Assembly: GCA_031291395.1 (NCBI GenBank)
Contig: JARLJD010000138.1
Location: forward strand, 3,860 to 67,859
DNA length: 64,000 nt
Direction of reading: 5' to 3'
Source: Alphaproteobacteria bacterium
GTDB taxonomy: Bacteria; Pseudomonadota; Alphaproteobacteria; UBA9219
Shown: piece after piece, positions 17,537 to 28,118 of the stretch
Layout of the letters: each line of letters opens with the position of its first letter
Position numbering within the stretch: the first letter of the stretch is position 1
The notes under the pieces: generated by a model
Database searches by the model: none
What the model saw: the letters and a program-made list of their open reading frames with translations, nothing else
What the model was told of the DNA's origin: nothing
Position numbers and translations under genes: made by a program

Positions 17537-19048
17537 TTAAAACTCAATCCTATCCTCAAAATTATCCGCGACAAAGCGATCCAGCAAACGGACGCCATAG
17601 GCCGTTGCGCCTTTGACCGAGAGGGGGAGGTCTTTCGATTGCCATGCGGTTCCGGCGATGTCGAGATGCGCCCAGAGCGCGCCTTTCCTGACAAAACGTT
17701 GCAGGAATTGCGCCGCCGTGATGCTGCCGGCGTCGCGGCCGCCGTGGTTTTTCATGTCGGCAATGGGGCAGTTGATAAGTTTGTCATAGGCTTCGCCCAG
17801 TGGAAAACGCCATAAAGTTTCCTCGACGCTTTTTCCCGCCTGTGTCAATTGATCGCACAATTTATCATCGTTGCTGAACAAACCGGCATGTTCGCCCGCA
17901 AGCGCGATCACAATCGCGCCGGTCAGCGTGGCCAGATCGACGAGGCAGCGCGGCTTGAATTTTTCCTGCGCGTACCACAAAGCGTCGGCCAAAACCATGC
18001 GCCCTTCGGCGTCCGTGCTGATGATCTCGACCGTCTGACCCGACGCCGTGGTGATGACATCGCCCGGTCTTTGCGCCGCGCCCGAGGGCATGTTTTCGAC
18101 CAGCCCGATCACGCCGACGACATTGGCTTTGGCTTTACGCCCCGCCAGCGCCTTGATCGCGCCAATCACAGCGGCCGCGCCCGCCATATCGTGTTTCATC
18201 GCTTCCATGCCCCCGGGAGGCTTGAGCGAAATGCCGCCGGTATCGAACGTCACGCCCTTGCCGATAAAGCAAACCGGCGCTTTGTCCTTTGCTGCTGTAT
18301 CGCCCAACCACTGCATCGTGACGAGGCGCGGCGGGTTGACGCTGCCTTGCGCCACGCCCAAAAGCGCGCCCATGCCGAGTTTTTTCATCTGCTTTTCGTC
18401 GAGAATATCGACCTTTACGCCAAGCTCAGCCAAAGACGCGGCATGTTGCGCCAGCGTTTCGGGATAAAGGATATTGGCCGGTTCGCTGACGAGATCGCGC
18501 GCCAGATAGACGCCGTCCGCGACTTTATCAAGCGGCGCGTAACGCGCTTTGGCGGCGGAGGTTTCCTTGCAGGCGACAATCAAATGTTTCAAGGCCGGTT
18601 TCTGGTCGGCTTTCATTTTGGTGCGGTATTTGTCAAAGCGATAAGAACGCAACCGTGCGCCCAACGCCGCCTGCGCCGCTGCCTCGCCCACAGCCAAAGT
18701 CAAAGAATTGAAGCGATCGACCAGCAAAACCGCTTGCGCGTCCTTGCCGTTCAAAGCCGCAACGGCAGCAGCTCCTACGCGCGTGAACAAAGCCGCGTTC
18801 GACTTGGCCGGATCGCCGATGCCCACCAAAACCAAACGCGTCAGCCGCGTTTTGGCGGGTGCCATAATTGTCAAAGTTTGTTCCTTGGCTCCCGTAAAAT
18901 GGCTGGACTCCATCGCGCGGGAAAGCGCGCCGCCCAGTTTTTTATCCAGCTTCTGTCCCTGCTCGCCGAGTTTTCTTTTTTCGGCAACGGTCAGGATCAG
19001 GGCGTTTTGGCCGGGGATTGTATCGGGGGCGAAGGCGACTTTGAGCAT
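17537..19048 (-). CDS. pepA: leucyl aminopeptidase PepA (M17); start taken at internal Met MLKVAF, the ORF extends to 19141
   Basis: NPPRLVTMQW, VCFIGKGVTFDTGGISLKP, NTDAEGR-like STDAEGRMVLADAL M17 active-site motifs. Confidence 0.85.
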   Translation of the reverse strand: MLKVAFAPDTIPGQNALILTVAEKRKLGEQGQKLDKKLGGALSRAMESSHFTGAKEQTLTIMAPAKTRLTRLVLVGIGDPAKSNAALFTRVGAAAVAALNGKDAQAVLLVDRFNSLTLAVGEAAAQAALGARLRSYRFDKYRTKMKADQKPALKHLIVACKETSAAKARYAPLDKVADGVYLARDLVSEPANILYPETLAQHAASLAELGVKVDILDEKQMKKLGMGALLGVAQGSVNPPRLVTMQWLGDTAAKDKAPVCFIGKGVTFDTGGISLKPPGGMEAMKHDMAGAAAVIGAIKALAGRKAKANVVGVIGLVENMPSGAAQRPGDVITTASGQTVEIISTDAEGRMVLADALWYAQEKFKPRCLVDLATLTGAIVIALAGEHAGLFSNDDKLCDQLTQAGKSVEETLWRFPLGEAYDKLINCPIADMKNHGGRDAGSITAAQFLQRFVRKGALWAHLDIAGTAWQSKDLPLSVKGATAYGVRLLDRFVADNFEDRIEF

Positions 19049-19094
19049 GGGATTTCCTTCATTCGACGGGATTAGAAAAAATATCCACCCAAGA

Positions 19095-19895
19095 TCATAA
19101 CGACAATTTTCCGCAAAGATAGGGTGAAACCTTGCCGCCAAGAATAACCGTGGGGCCGTTAGTATATTCGCAGAACACGTCGCCGCCTCGGCGGGAAACA
19201 GCCTGTCCGTGGAGGCGCGGTTTCGCGAGCCTTGCCGCCCAATAGGGCGCTAGAACGGATTGAGACGCTCCGTTAACTGGATCTTCCCAGACATTTGTCA
19301 TGCGCGGACTGAAATAACGATAGGCATAATCCGCAGATTTTCCGGGGCTTGTGAGAACATAGCCGTAATAGCCCGTTGCCATCAGTTCAGGAAAGCGCGG
19401 CGCGACAGATCGGATATCTTCTTCCTTGGGATAAACCACCAATAAATCACCGCGTTCGCTGCTGACCATTGTTTCAGGACGAGCGCCGCCGAGAGCGGCA
19501 TAAACGGCATCGTTAAAAAGCGGCTGCAAGGGTTTTTTGACAGGAATTTCTATTTGAAAACGATCCCCCGCTTTTTTGACGGGCAACATGCCGTAACGCC
19601 GCGTTGCAAACACCACTTCCGGCTTTAAGTGAGCGATATGCGTCAGATATACATACCCTGCTGAAAGTGTCCCATGACCGCAGAAATCCACTTCCTGACT
19701 CACCGCAAACCAGCGCAATTCCGGATTTGAGGCTTGGCGGGAAACGATGAAGGCTGTTTCCGAAAACTGGTTTTGAGCGGCGATGTTTTGCAGTAGGGCG
19801 TCTTCGGGCCATTCCGTGAAAACACAAACAGCGCATGTATTTCCGCGAAAGGGGGCGGCGGTAAAAGCATCGACTATGAAGATTTTGACGTTCAT
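19095..19895 (-). CDS. PhzF-family isomerase (phenazine-biosynthesis-like protein)
   Basis: 266 aa; MNVKIFIVDAFTAAPFRGNTCAVC, NQFSETAFI, CGHGTLSAGYV, PhzF/DAP-epimerase-fold hallmarks. Confidence 0.8.
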   Translation of the reverse strand: MNVKIFIVDAFTAAPFRGNTCAVCVFTEWPEDALLQNIAAQNQFSETAFIVSRQASNPELRWFAVSQEVDFCGHGTLSAGYVYLTHIAHLKPEVVFATRRYGMLPVKKAGDRFQIEIPVKKPLQPLFNDAVYAALGGARPETMVSSERGDLLVVYPKEEDIRSVAPRFPELMATGYYGYVLTSPGKSADYAYRYFSPRMTNVWEDPVNGASQSVLAPYWAARLAKPRLHGQAVSRRGGDVFCEYTNGPTVILGGKVSPYLCGKLSL

Positions 19896-20096
19896 TTTTC
19901 TCTACGCAACTTGAGCTATATTTAACCGCCCTCATTTGTTTAGCTTTTTGCTTTCTCAGGTTCAAACATATACTTTGGGGCGCTTCTCGTGACAGATGTT
20001 CCTCCTAACGCGCATGCGGATGCAAGCTAAGGGCTTGTCTAGAAATAACCGCTATAGATGTGGACGGAGTATGTAATTCTATTCTCTGTGAAAGCT

Positions 20097-20519
20097 TTAG
20101 GCTCCGAACACATGCCGTTTGGCTGCGAAGAAATTAAAAAACATCCCGACGCCGGTTCCTGCCAGCAAGCCGACCACCGGATGGTCGTAGATGAACGGCA
20201 CTGTGCTGACGAGCAGGCTGTACGTGCCGCGGTTAAAAACCAGCCCGATGGCGCAGACGGCGGCGAATTTGGCGAGCTGCCTCGTTGCCGACGTTCGCGG
20301 CGCATGTTTGAATGTGAAGTGGCGATTGCCGCTCCATGTGACCGTGACCGCAAAAGGAAACGAAAACAGCCCTGCCGCGATGCGCCCCAATCCCAGCGCG
20401 TAAATGCCGAAATAAAGCATAGCGGTATCGACGACGAAGCCGCATCCGCCGACGATGCCGAATTTGAAAAACTGCCGCGCGGTGGCGCGCCAGTGTATGA
20501 ATGCGTTACTTTTTGTCAT
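20097..20519 (-). CDS. GtrA-family small membrane protein (polyprenyl-phosphate-sugar flippase-like)
   Basis: 140 aa, 4 TM; FFKFGIVGGCGFVVDTAMLY, WSGNRHFTF motifs of the GtrA family. Confidence 0.8.
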   Translation of the reverse strand: MTKSNAFIHWRATARQFFKFGIVGGCGFVVDTAMLYFGIYALGLGRIAAGLFSFPFAVTVTWSGNRHFTFKHAPRTSATRQLAKFAAVCAIGLVFNRGTYSLLVSTVPFIYDHPVVGLLAGTGVGMFFNFFAAKRHVFGA

Positions 20520-20577
20520 CGGGGGGTTTTCCTATCGAATAAAACGTGACTTTTTGCTGCGAAAACCGGCGCTGATA

Positions 20578-20775
20578 ACCCCTCCCCGCCCGCCCTTGCA
20601 GGGGGAGAGGGGGGATACTGACGTTCGAGCAAAAGCAAAAGGCGAGATGGGGTGAGGTGGGTGGTCGAGGGCAAAAATAATCCTCACCACCCACCTCACC
20701 CTTTTCGTTCTACGGCGAATGTTCAACGTTCTGTCTCCCCCCGCAAGGGCGGGCGGGGAGGGGGTAACAGCGCCG
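20578..20775. repeat. REP/MITE family-1, long (~200 bp) variant between the gtrA-like and GT2 genes
   Basis: outer arms cccctccccgcccgcccttgcagggggagagggg / ccccccgcaagggcgggcggggaggggg, inner arms ggggtgaggtgggtggtcgagggc / cctcaccacccacctcaccc; near-identical to the 47763 copy. Confidence 0.6.
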
Positions 20776-20792
20776 TTGTTTATGCGAAAAAA

Positions 20793-21719
20793 CTACTCAT
20801 CCCCCTGCGCCGCCGGAATGTTCAGATAGCGCATACGCTTCATCTCGCGTCGCCCCCGCGTTACCGTGTCGAGGATAAGGCCGCAGGCGAGGCTGAGGAA
20901 GGCGACGATCATCAGCCCCATCGACAACACCGCCGTCGGCAGGCGCGGCACCAAACCTGTTTCCATAAACTGCACGAAAATCGGCACGATCAGCGCTGTC
21001 GAAATCACGGAAAAAGCCAATGCCAACAGTGAGAAAAACTGCATCGGCCTTTCTTCCTTGACCAGAACGACAATTGTCCACAAAACGCGAAAACCGTCTT
21101 TGAACGTGCTGAGCTTGCTGACCGATCCGTCCGGGCGATCCCTTAAAGGCGTGGCGACCTCCAGTGTGGGCATGCGCAATTCCAGCGCGTGAACCGTCAA
21201 TTCAGTCTCGGTTTCAAAACCGGCCGACAAAGCCGGAAAGCTTTTGACGTAGCGCCGCGACATCACGCGATAGCCCGACAGCATATCGGTAAAACGGCTG
21301 CCGAAAATCCACGCCACCATGCTGGTCAAAAGCCAGTTGCCGAAACGATGTCCCGGGCGATAGGCTTCTTTCGTGCTGGCGACGCGCGCGCCGTTGACCA
21401 TATCGAGGGACTCGCGCCGCATCGCTTCGATCATTTTCGGCGCCGAGGCGGCGTCATACGTGTCGTCGCCGTCTACCATCACGTAAATATCGGCTTCGAT
21501 GTCGGCGAACATGCGGCGCACGACATTGCCTTTGCCCTGTAGCGGCTCCGAGCGAACAATGGCTCCGGCCTGTTTGGCGACGTCAACCGTGCGGTCGCGC
21601 GAGTTGTTGTCGTAAACATAAATGGCCGCATCCGGCAAAACCCGCCTGAAATCGGCGACGACTTTGGCGATGGTGATTTCTTCGTTATAGCAGGGGATGA
21701 GGACTGCGGTACGGGGCAT
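20793..21719 (-). CDS. family-2 glycosyltransferase, polyprenyl-phosphate sugar synthase type (GtrB/ArnC/DPM1-like) with C-terminal TM anchor
   Basis: 308 aa; VLIPCYNEEITI, YVYDNNSRDRT, MVDGDDTYD (DXD), two C-terminal TM helices. Confidence 0.85.
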   Translation of the reverse strand: MPRTAVLIPCYNEEITIAKVVADFRRVLPDAAIYVYDNNSRDRTVDVAKQAGAIVRSEPLQGKGNVVRRMFADIEADIYVMVDGDDTYDAASAPKMIEAMRRESLDMVNGARVASTKEAYRPGHRFGNWLLTSMVAWIFGSRFTDMLSGYRVMSRRYVKSFPALSAGFETETELTVHALELRMPTLEVATPLRDRPDGSVSKLSTFKDGFRVLWTIVVLVKEERPMQFFSLLALAFSVISTALIVPIFVQFMETGLVPRLPTAVLSMGLMIVAFLSLACGLILDTVTRGRREMKRMRYLNIPAAQGDE

Positions 21720-21791
21720 GTAAAGCTCATTCCTTTGGGGACATAAGTGAAGTTGTTCAATGGCTATAAAAACAGCGAAGCAAAAAGCAGC

Positions 21792-21826
21792 GGGATTCCC
21801 TCCCCCATAGAGGGGGAGGGGATTCT
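21792..21826. repeat. REP family-1 minimal copy between GT2 and GT-C genes
   Basis: gggattccctcccccatagagggggaggggattc palindrome. Confidence 0.6.
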
Positions 21827-21865
21827 ATCGCTTTTGCTGCATCATAGGGCCCCCTCATTTCTTGT

Positions 21866-23509
21866 TCAGTTTTGAGGAATAACAGGACACAGGCTCAACT
21901 GCATATCATCAAAAAGACGATCCGTCACGCTTTGGCAATTTTGGGGCAGCACTTTAAGTCCAAAATAAGCCACGGCTTTCTCGGCGACATTGATCTGAAA
22001 CGAGGGGATCAGAATCATAAACCGCCCTCCGGCCTTGCGATGCGCGTCGACACGTTCGTGGAGCAGAAGATTGATGCCTTTGCCGTCGTCGGGGCTGGAA
22101 AAATTGCTTTGAATGCGCACAAAGGAAATGTTCGGCGGAAATTCGGGGATCAGATGGGAATAAGGTTCAATCCCCGCCATAAGAATCATCAGATGCGAGG
22201 TATCGCCCAGATCGGGAATTTTCGCCTCGACAAAACGGTCGAGCCATTCTCCGCGCCGATGCCAGTTGCCCGGCTGAACCGAAAGCGCGACGATCGTCAA
22301 CGTAAACGCCGCGAGCAAGCCGCGCGTTGTTATTTTGAGCGGCAACATGCCGATCGCAAACACGATCAAAAGCGGCGAGATCATCTCAATCGGCACGGCA
22401 TAGCGATAGATTGTGAACAGCGTCAGCCACACGATATAGGCGATCGAAAAACTCGCAAGCAAGTAACGCGCAGGATAGGGCGCGGCCAAGGCGTCGTTCG
22501 CTGCGCGATTGCGGCCGAAAAACAGGCGCAGCATCAGGCACAGCGGCAATAGCGCGTACAAAAGAGGCAGGCGCCAGTCGCGCCACGCGATCTCGCCGAC
22601 GCGAAAGGGGCTGTGGGCGAAAAGGAAGGGCATCAGCAGAAAATCGCTTAAGCTGCGCGGAACATATTCCGTGTCGCGGCCGCCTACAGGCGGCGCAAGC
22701 GGCGAATGGAAGATCTGGTTAAAATAGGGGAACAACGGGCTGCCGAAATGGCTTTGCAAAAAGACCGCCCAATAACCGAACGTCACGGCGCAGCCAAGCA
22801 AAACGCCGAGGCCGAAGGCGAAGCTCAACCACAGCCCGTGCTTCAAGCTTCCGCCGACAAACAACAACCCGCCGCAAAGCCCGACGGCAAAAATGACGCT
22901 GGGCAGCTTCAACCCCATCATCATGCCCGCAGGTACGCCGAAAGCCAGAGCCAGCGCGAACACGCGCGCGGGCTTGTCGATGGAAAGGCGTTGCAGGTGG
23001 CGCACGATCAATGCGGCGGAGAGAAACACGCCGAGGCTGGTGATGTTGTCGCCGAACGTCGTGCCGATCAGCGCGATTCCGCCGCCGCCCAGCATGCCAA
23101 GGGCGGCCAGCGCGGCGCAGACGAAAACCTTATGCCGCGGATTTGGCACAATCAGCGTGACCTGCGCGATCATGAACAACAGGATAAAATTCAGCCCCTG
23201 AACAAAACCCAGAACAAAACCGACGGTCTTTGCCGCGACATGCGTCGCCAAAAGAAAAAACGGCACGTCCAGAAGCGGATTATAAAAATAAGGAATCTGC
23301 GACGGCAACAAATCCCGCGCATAGCGATCGTTCAGAAAAGCATAGGCGTTGTAGAAATGATAATTTCTCAAATCCCAATTAGCGTCTTGCCCCAGCGCCA
23401 CCGCCAGCAAGCCAAAAGCGAAAGGCGCGACGCACAAAATCGCCAGAGCTAAAGCCCGTGCGCGTTGCCCCTTGGCGGGGAGGAGGTGGGGGGAGTGAGG
23501 AAGAAACAT
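21866..23509 (-). CDS. polytopic GT-C-fold membrane glycosyltransferase (ArnT/PMT/DUF2029-like)
   Basis: 547 aa, >=12 predicted TM helices, N-terminal DANWDLRNYHFYNAYAFLNDR periplasmic-loop motif; genomic association with GT2 and GtrA genes. Confidence 0.55.
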   Translation of the reverse strand: MFLPHSPHLLPAKGQRARALALAILCVAPFAFGLLAVALGQDANWDLRNYHFYNAYAFLNDRYARDLLPSQIPYFYNPLLDVPFFLLATHVAAKTVGFVLGFVQGLNFILLFMIAQVTLIVPNPRHKVFVCAALAALGMLGGGGIALIGTTFGDNITSLGVFLSAALIVRHLQRLSIDKPARVFALALAFGVPAGMMMGLKLPSVIFAVGLCGGLLFVGGSLKHGLWLSFAFGLGVLLGCAVTFGYWAVFLQSHFGSPLFPYFNQIFHSPLAPPVGGRDTEYVPRSLSDFLLMPFLFAHSPFRVGEIAWRDWRLPLLYALLPLCLMLRLFFGRNRAANDALAAPYPARYLLASFSIAYIVWLTLFTIYRYAVPIEMISPLLIVFAIGMLPLKITTRGLLAAFTLTIVALSVQPGNWHRRGEWLDRFVEAKIPDLGDTSHLMILMAGIEPYSHLIPEFPPNISFVRIQSNFSSPDDGKGINLLLHERVDAHRKAGGRFMILIPSFQINVAEKAVAYFGLKVLPQNCQSVTDRLFDDMQLSLCPVIPQN

Positions 23510-23621
23510 GCGGAATTTGTCTCATTTTTATAATTACGAAAGCTATCGCATGTTTCAGCTTCGGGATATTAGATTTCAATCTGGATACCGGCTGTCGCCG
23601 GTATGACGAACCGGAGCGAAC

Positions 23622-24395
23622 TTACCTTCCCCCCGCCCCCGTAAGGGGGATCGTCGCTGCGGGCGCGGGAGCAGAGAACGAATCCGGCGACGAGGCTAAC
23701 GATCCCGCCTTGCCGGTTCCGAGCACCGGAGCTTGCGGTGCGGGCTGTTCAAGGGATTGGCTCTGCACGGTGGCAACAGGAGCCGCGCCGGTCTGCACGG
23801 CGGTAACGCCGTAAACCGGAGGTTGCATGACAAAATTTGCCATATGGGTTCCGATGCCGGATTCGAGATTCTGCCCCAAATCTTTCATCAATCCGTTCAA
23901 CATGGTGAAATAGGCATCCTGCTTTTCGATCGGCGTGGGATCTTCCGGCAGCGTCAGAACGCGCGACGCCGAGGCGTCGGTCATGGCATATCCCGATTTG
24001 CCGTTGGCCTCGATGGAAACATCGGCATGTCCCATGTATTTCAAGCCCTGCTGGCGGGTGAACCAGCTGTCGATGTCGTCTTTGGTCGGCAAGGGCTGAA
24101 CCGTCAATGACGCGTCCTTGATGATGACAATTGCCTCTCCCGACTCGCCGCCCGCCTGCAGACGATCGCCCGCCCATTTTCTGATCGCCTCGGCAATCGT
24201 CGGCGAGAAATGATCGCTGGCATAGAGCGATCCAGGCCCTTGCGAATTGCTGCGGTCGGCCAATCTGATCGTATGCACATCCATAACGATTTTAGGCGGC
24301 AAAGCCTGAGAAACAGGCGCAGGCGGCGGCAACGGATCGTCCGCACAAGCCGAAAGCGCAAGGATCATACCGAAAACAGCGACTAGTTTTTTCAT
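23622..24395 (-). CDS. hypothetical lipoprotein
   Basis: 257 aa; signal peptide plus lipobox MKKLVAVFGMILALSAC; Pro/Ala-rich N- and C-terminal low-complexity tails; no recognised domain. Confidence 0.5.
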   Translation of the reverse strand: MKKLVAVFGMILALSACADDPLPPPAPVSQALPPKIVMDVHTIRLADRSNSQGPGSLYASDHFSPTIAEAIRKWAGDRLQAGGESGEAIVIIKDASLTVQPLPTKDDIDSWFTRQQGLKYMGHADVSIEANGKSGYAMTDASASRVLTLPEDPTPIEKQDAYFTMLNGLMKDLGQNLESGIGTHMANFVMQPPVYGVTAVQTGAAPVATVQSQSLEQPAPQAPVLGTGKAGSLASSPDSFSAPAPAATIPLTGAGGR

Positions 24396-24728
24396 GTGTT
24401 AGGCTCCAAAGACTGAATCACTTGGGAAGGTTAGAACAGAATGGGGCGGGGGGAAATATGATTCTTTAAGAGGGCGAGATACAAAGGTGGTTTTCAAATC
24501 GGGAAGAGAGAACAAAATATGACAAAAGGACAAAAGAACGACCCTGATCTTGCTCCCTTTCGACTCTGACACAAGATATCAAGAAATCATGGAAAGATGC
24601 ATGATTTCAAAGAGAATAAAAAATTCACACCATAAATTCTTTTTGAATAATTTGTCCCGACTTTCCGAGTATAAGTTTATCACTATATGGTTTATTGTCG
24701 GTTAATCTGTTCTTCAAATGACACGATC

Positions 24729-27700
24729 ATGAGCTTCTCCGCCACTTTTATCAAACGTCCGGTCGCGACCACGCTTTTGACGTTGGGCATTGCGCTGTCC
24801 GGCGCTGTGGCCTTCTTTTTGTTGCCGGTGGCGCCTTTGCCCCAAGTGGATTTTCCTACCATTTTGGTCGAAGCGGGCATTCCGGGCGCAAGCCCCGAAA
24901 CGATGGCGACCAGCGTCGCCACGCCTTTAGAGCGGCACCTCGGCCAGATTGCCGACGTGGCCGAGATGACCTCGACCAGCACGATCGGCAATGCGCGCAT
25001 TACGCTGCAATTTGGTCTTGACCGCGATATCGACGGCGCGGCGCGCGATGTGCAGGCGGCGATCAACGCCGCGCGCGCCGATTTGCCCTCAAGTCTCAAA
25101 AGTAACCCGACCTATCATAAACTGAATCCCGCCGACGCGCCGATCCTGATTTTGGCGCTGACGTCGCAAACCATGACGCCGGGCCAGATTTACGATGCCG
25201 GATCGACCGTGCTGGCACAGAAGCTGTCGCAGATTAAGGGCGTCGGTCAGGTTCGTATCGGAGGCAGCTCACTGCCCGCCGTACGCGTCGAGTTAAACCC
25301 GCGCGCTTTGTCCCATTACGGCATCGGGCTGGAGGATGTTAGAGCCGCCCTTGCCGCCGCCAACGCCAACAGCCCCAAGGGCGCTTTGGAAGAGCAAGAC
25401 CGGCATTTCCAGCTCTACACCAACGATCAGGCTTTGCACGCCGACGATTACCGCAATTTGATCATCGCTTGGCGCAACAGCGCGCCTGTGCGCCTCGGCG
25501 ACGTGGCCGAGGTTAAGGATTCGGTCGAGGATTTGCGAAATCAGGGGCTTTTCAACGGCAAGCCCGCCGTCATCCTGATCGTCACCAAACAGCCCGGCGC
25601 TAACGTCATCGACACGATCGACCGCATCAAGGCGGAATTGCCTAATCTTAAAGCCTCTATCCCTTCGGCGATCGCCTTGACGGTGGCGCTTGATCGCACC
25701 ACGACGATCCGCGCTTCGCTGCGCGATGTCGAAAGCTCAATGCTGATTTCGACGTTCCTTGTCATTATGGTGGTGTTTTTGTTCCTCCGCAACGCGCGCG
25801 CGGCGATGATTCCCAGCGTCGCCGTGCCGGTGTCGATGGTCGGAACTTTCGGGATCATGTATTTACTGGATTACAGTCTCGATAATCTGTCGCTGATGGC
25901 GATGACGATCGCGACCGGCTTTGTCGTCGACGACGCGATCGTGGTTCTGGAAAACGTCATGCGCCACATCGAAAGAGGCATGCCGCATTATAAAGCGGCG
26001 GCGCAAGGCGCGAAGGAAGTCGGCTTTACGGTTTTGTCGATGAGCTTGTCGTTGATCGCAGTCTTCACGCCAATTTTGCTGATGGGCGGCATCGTCGGCC
26101 GCCTGTTCCACGAATTCGCGGTGACGTTGTCGGTCGCTATTCTCGTATCCCTGCTGGTGTCCTTGACCGCGACGCCGATGATGTGTTCGCGCTGGCTGGG
26201 CACGGGAACCAAACACGCGCATGCCGGAAAAGCCCCTCTCCCCACTCTTGGGGGGAGAGGGGTTGGGGTGAGGGGGGCTATGGGGATTACCCATGACGCC
26301 CCCCCTCACCCTAACCCTCTCCCCCCAAGAGGGGGGAGAGGGAATCATCGCTCCCTGCTCAACCGCATTTTCGACCTCAGCGAGAACGGTTTTACCCGCT
26401 TGCGCCGTGCCTACGACCTGACCCTCATGCGTGCGCTGCGGCACCGACGGCTGGTGATGCTGATCTTGGCCGCGACTTTGGGACTGAACGTCTATCTGTT
26501 CATCGTCGCCCCGAAAGGCTTCTTCCCGCAACAAGACACAGGCGGGATTATGGGCAATCTGGTGGGCGATCAGAACATATCGTTTCAGGCGATGAAGAAG
26601 AAAATGATCGACTTTGTCGGAATCGTGCAGAAAGACTCTGCCGTCGATACGGTCACGGCTTTTACTGGCGGCGGTTCGACTAATTCTGGCTTTCTCTTTA
26701 TGTCGCTGAAACCTAAAGCCGAGCGCAACGCCTCCGCGGATCAGGTCATCGCCCGCTTGCGCAAGCCGATGAGCCGCATTCCCGGCGCCACTTTGTTTCT
26801 TCAATCCGCGCAGGATTTGCACATGGGCGGCAGAGCCGCGAACGCGCAATACCAGTATACGCTGCAATCCGACAGCCTTGCCGCGCTGCGCGAATGGACG
26901 CCCAAACTGACCGAGGCGTTGCAGCACGACCCTTTGCTCAGGGACGTCAATTCCGATCAGCAGGACGCCGGTATGGAAACCGACGTGATCGTTGATCGCG
27001 ACACGGCGTCACGGCTGGGACTGAACACGATGCAGATCGACAACGCGCTCTACGACGCCTTCGGCCAGCGTCAGGTTTCGGTGATTTACAATACGCTTAA
27101 CCAGTATCACGTTGTGATGGAAGTCGCGCCCGAATACTGGCAAAGCCCGGAAACGCTGAAAGAACTTTTTATCAGCACTTCGGGCGGCAGCCTCAGCGGC
27201 ACCGAAGCCTCCAGTTCCAGCCTCAGCGCGGCGGCGCGCGCGGCGGCCACCAACGCGCTGGCGGCAACCGGCCACGGCGGCGCCATGACCGGAGCCGCCG
27301 TCAGCACGACCGCCGAAACGATGATTCCCTTGTCGGCGTTCAGCGCGGTCGAGGCCAGCTCCACGCCGCTTTCGGTCAATCATCAGGGGCATTTTGCTTC
27401 GTCGACGATTTCTTTCAACCTGCCGGTCGGCAAGTCCCTAAGCGACGCCACAACGGCGATTAACAACGCCACGCGAAAGATCGACATGCCCGCAAACGTT
27501 ACCGGCGGTTTCCAAGGCACGGCGCAAGTCTTTCAGCAATCGCTGGCTAATGAGCCAATTCTGATACTCGCGGCCTTGCTCGCGGTTTATATCGTGCTTG
27601 GCATTTTGTACGAAAGCTTGATCCACCCGCTGACCATTCTCTCCACTTTGCCCTCGGCAGGCGTGGGCGCGGTCGCGGCTTTGATGCTTTTCCATATTCC

Positions 27701-28094
27701 GTTCGATATTATGGGGATGATCGGCGTTATTTTGCTGATTGGCATTGTCAAGAAAAACGCGATCATGATGATCGACTTCGCTTTGGACGCCCAGCGCACA
27801 CACGGGTTGACGCCGCAACAGGCGATCTACCGCGCCTGCCTTTTGCGCTTCCGCCCGATCATGATGACGACAATGGCCGCGATGTTTGGCGCTCTGCCCC
27901 TGGCCATCGGTTTGGGCGAAGGGGCAGAATTACGGCGTCCTTTGGGCATTTCCATCGTCGGCGGCCTGCTTGTCAGCCAGTTGCTGACTTTGTTCACGAC
28001 GCCGGTTATATATCTCTATCTCGACCGCTTCAGCCGCTGGTGCCGCAGAAGGCAGGGGGTTGGGGGAAGGGTTCAGAAAGAAATAAACGCATGA
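24729..28094 (+). CDS. RND efflux permease (MdtB/MdtC/AcrB family) carrying an in-frame REP insertion and a second Ala/Ser/Thr-rich insertion; ORF begins at 24687
   Basis: [18 protein letters not shown], 12-TM RND architecture, PLSVNHQG...STISFNLP; ~1121 aa versus ~1040 typical. Confidence 0.9.
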   Translation: MSFSATFIKRPVATTLLTLGIALSGAVAFFLLPVAPLPQVDFPTILVEAGIPGASPETMATSVATPLERHLGQIADVAEMTSTSTIGNARITLQFGLDRDIDGAARDVQAAINAARADLPSSLKSNPTYHKLNPADAPILILALTSQTMTPGQIYDAGSTVLAQKLSQIKGVGQVRIGGSSLPAVRVELNPRALSHYGIGLEDVRAALAAANANSPKGALEEQDRHFQLYTNDQALHADDYRNLIIAWRNSAPVRLGDVAEVKDSVEDLRNQGLFNGKPAVILIVTKQPGANVIDTIDRIKAELPNLKASIPSAIALTVALDRTTTIRASLRDVESSMLISTFLVIMVVFLFLRNARAAMIPSVAVPVSMVGTFGIMYLLDYSLDNLSLMAMTIATGFVVDDAIVVLENVMRHIERGMPHYKAAAQGAKEVGFTVLSMSLSLIAVFTPILLMGGIVGRLFHEFAVTLSVAILVSLLVSLTATPMMCSRWLGTGTKHAHAGKAPLPTLGGRGVGVRGAMGITHDAPPHPNPLPPRGGRGNHRSLLNRIFDLSENGFTRLRRAYDLTLMRALRHRRLVMLILAATLGLNVYLFIVAPKGFFPQQDTGGIMGNLVGDQNISFQAMKKKMIDFVGIVQKDSAVDTVTAFTGGGSTNSGFLFMSLKPKAERNASADQVIARLRKPMSRIPGATLFLQSAQDLHMGGRAANAQYQYTLQSDSLAALREWTPKLTEALQHDPLLRDVNSDQQDAGMETDVIVDRDTASRLGLNTMQIDNALYDAFGQRQVSVIYNTLNQYHVVMEVAPEYWQSPETLKELFISTSGGSLSGTEASSSSLSAAARAAATNALAATGHGGAMTGAAVSTTAETMIPLSAFSAVEASSTPLSVNHQGHFASSTISFNLPVGKSLSDATTAINNATRKIDMPANVTGGFQGTAQVFQQSLANEPILILAALLAVYIVLGILYESLIHPLTILSTLPSAGVGAVAALMLFHIPFDIMGMIGVILLIGIVKKNAIMMIDFALDAQRTHGLTPQQAIYRACLLRFRPIMMTTMAAMFGALPLAIGLGEGAELRRPLGISIVGGLLVSQLLTLFTTPVIYLYLDRFSRWCRRRQGVGGRVQKEINA
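26231..26346. repeat. REP/MITE family-1 (~115 bp) inserted in frame inside the RND permease gene
   Basis: agcccctctccccactcttggggggagaggggttggggtgagggggg ... cccccctcaccctaaccctctccccccaagaggggggagagggaatc; translated as [37 protein letters not shown]. Confidence 0.65.
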
Positions 28095-28118
28095 GAAAGC
28101 ATCTCCATTCCCAAGGCT

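Noticed and set aside
17849-19075. 408-aa plus-strand ORF overlapping pepA
   Set aside because: Antisense to a clearly recognisable M17 peptidase. Arg-rich composition typical of GC shadow frames.
25863-26927. 354-aa minus-strand ORF inside the RND permease gene
   Set aside because: Antisense shadow ORF. The RND frame is unambiguous.
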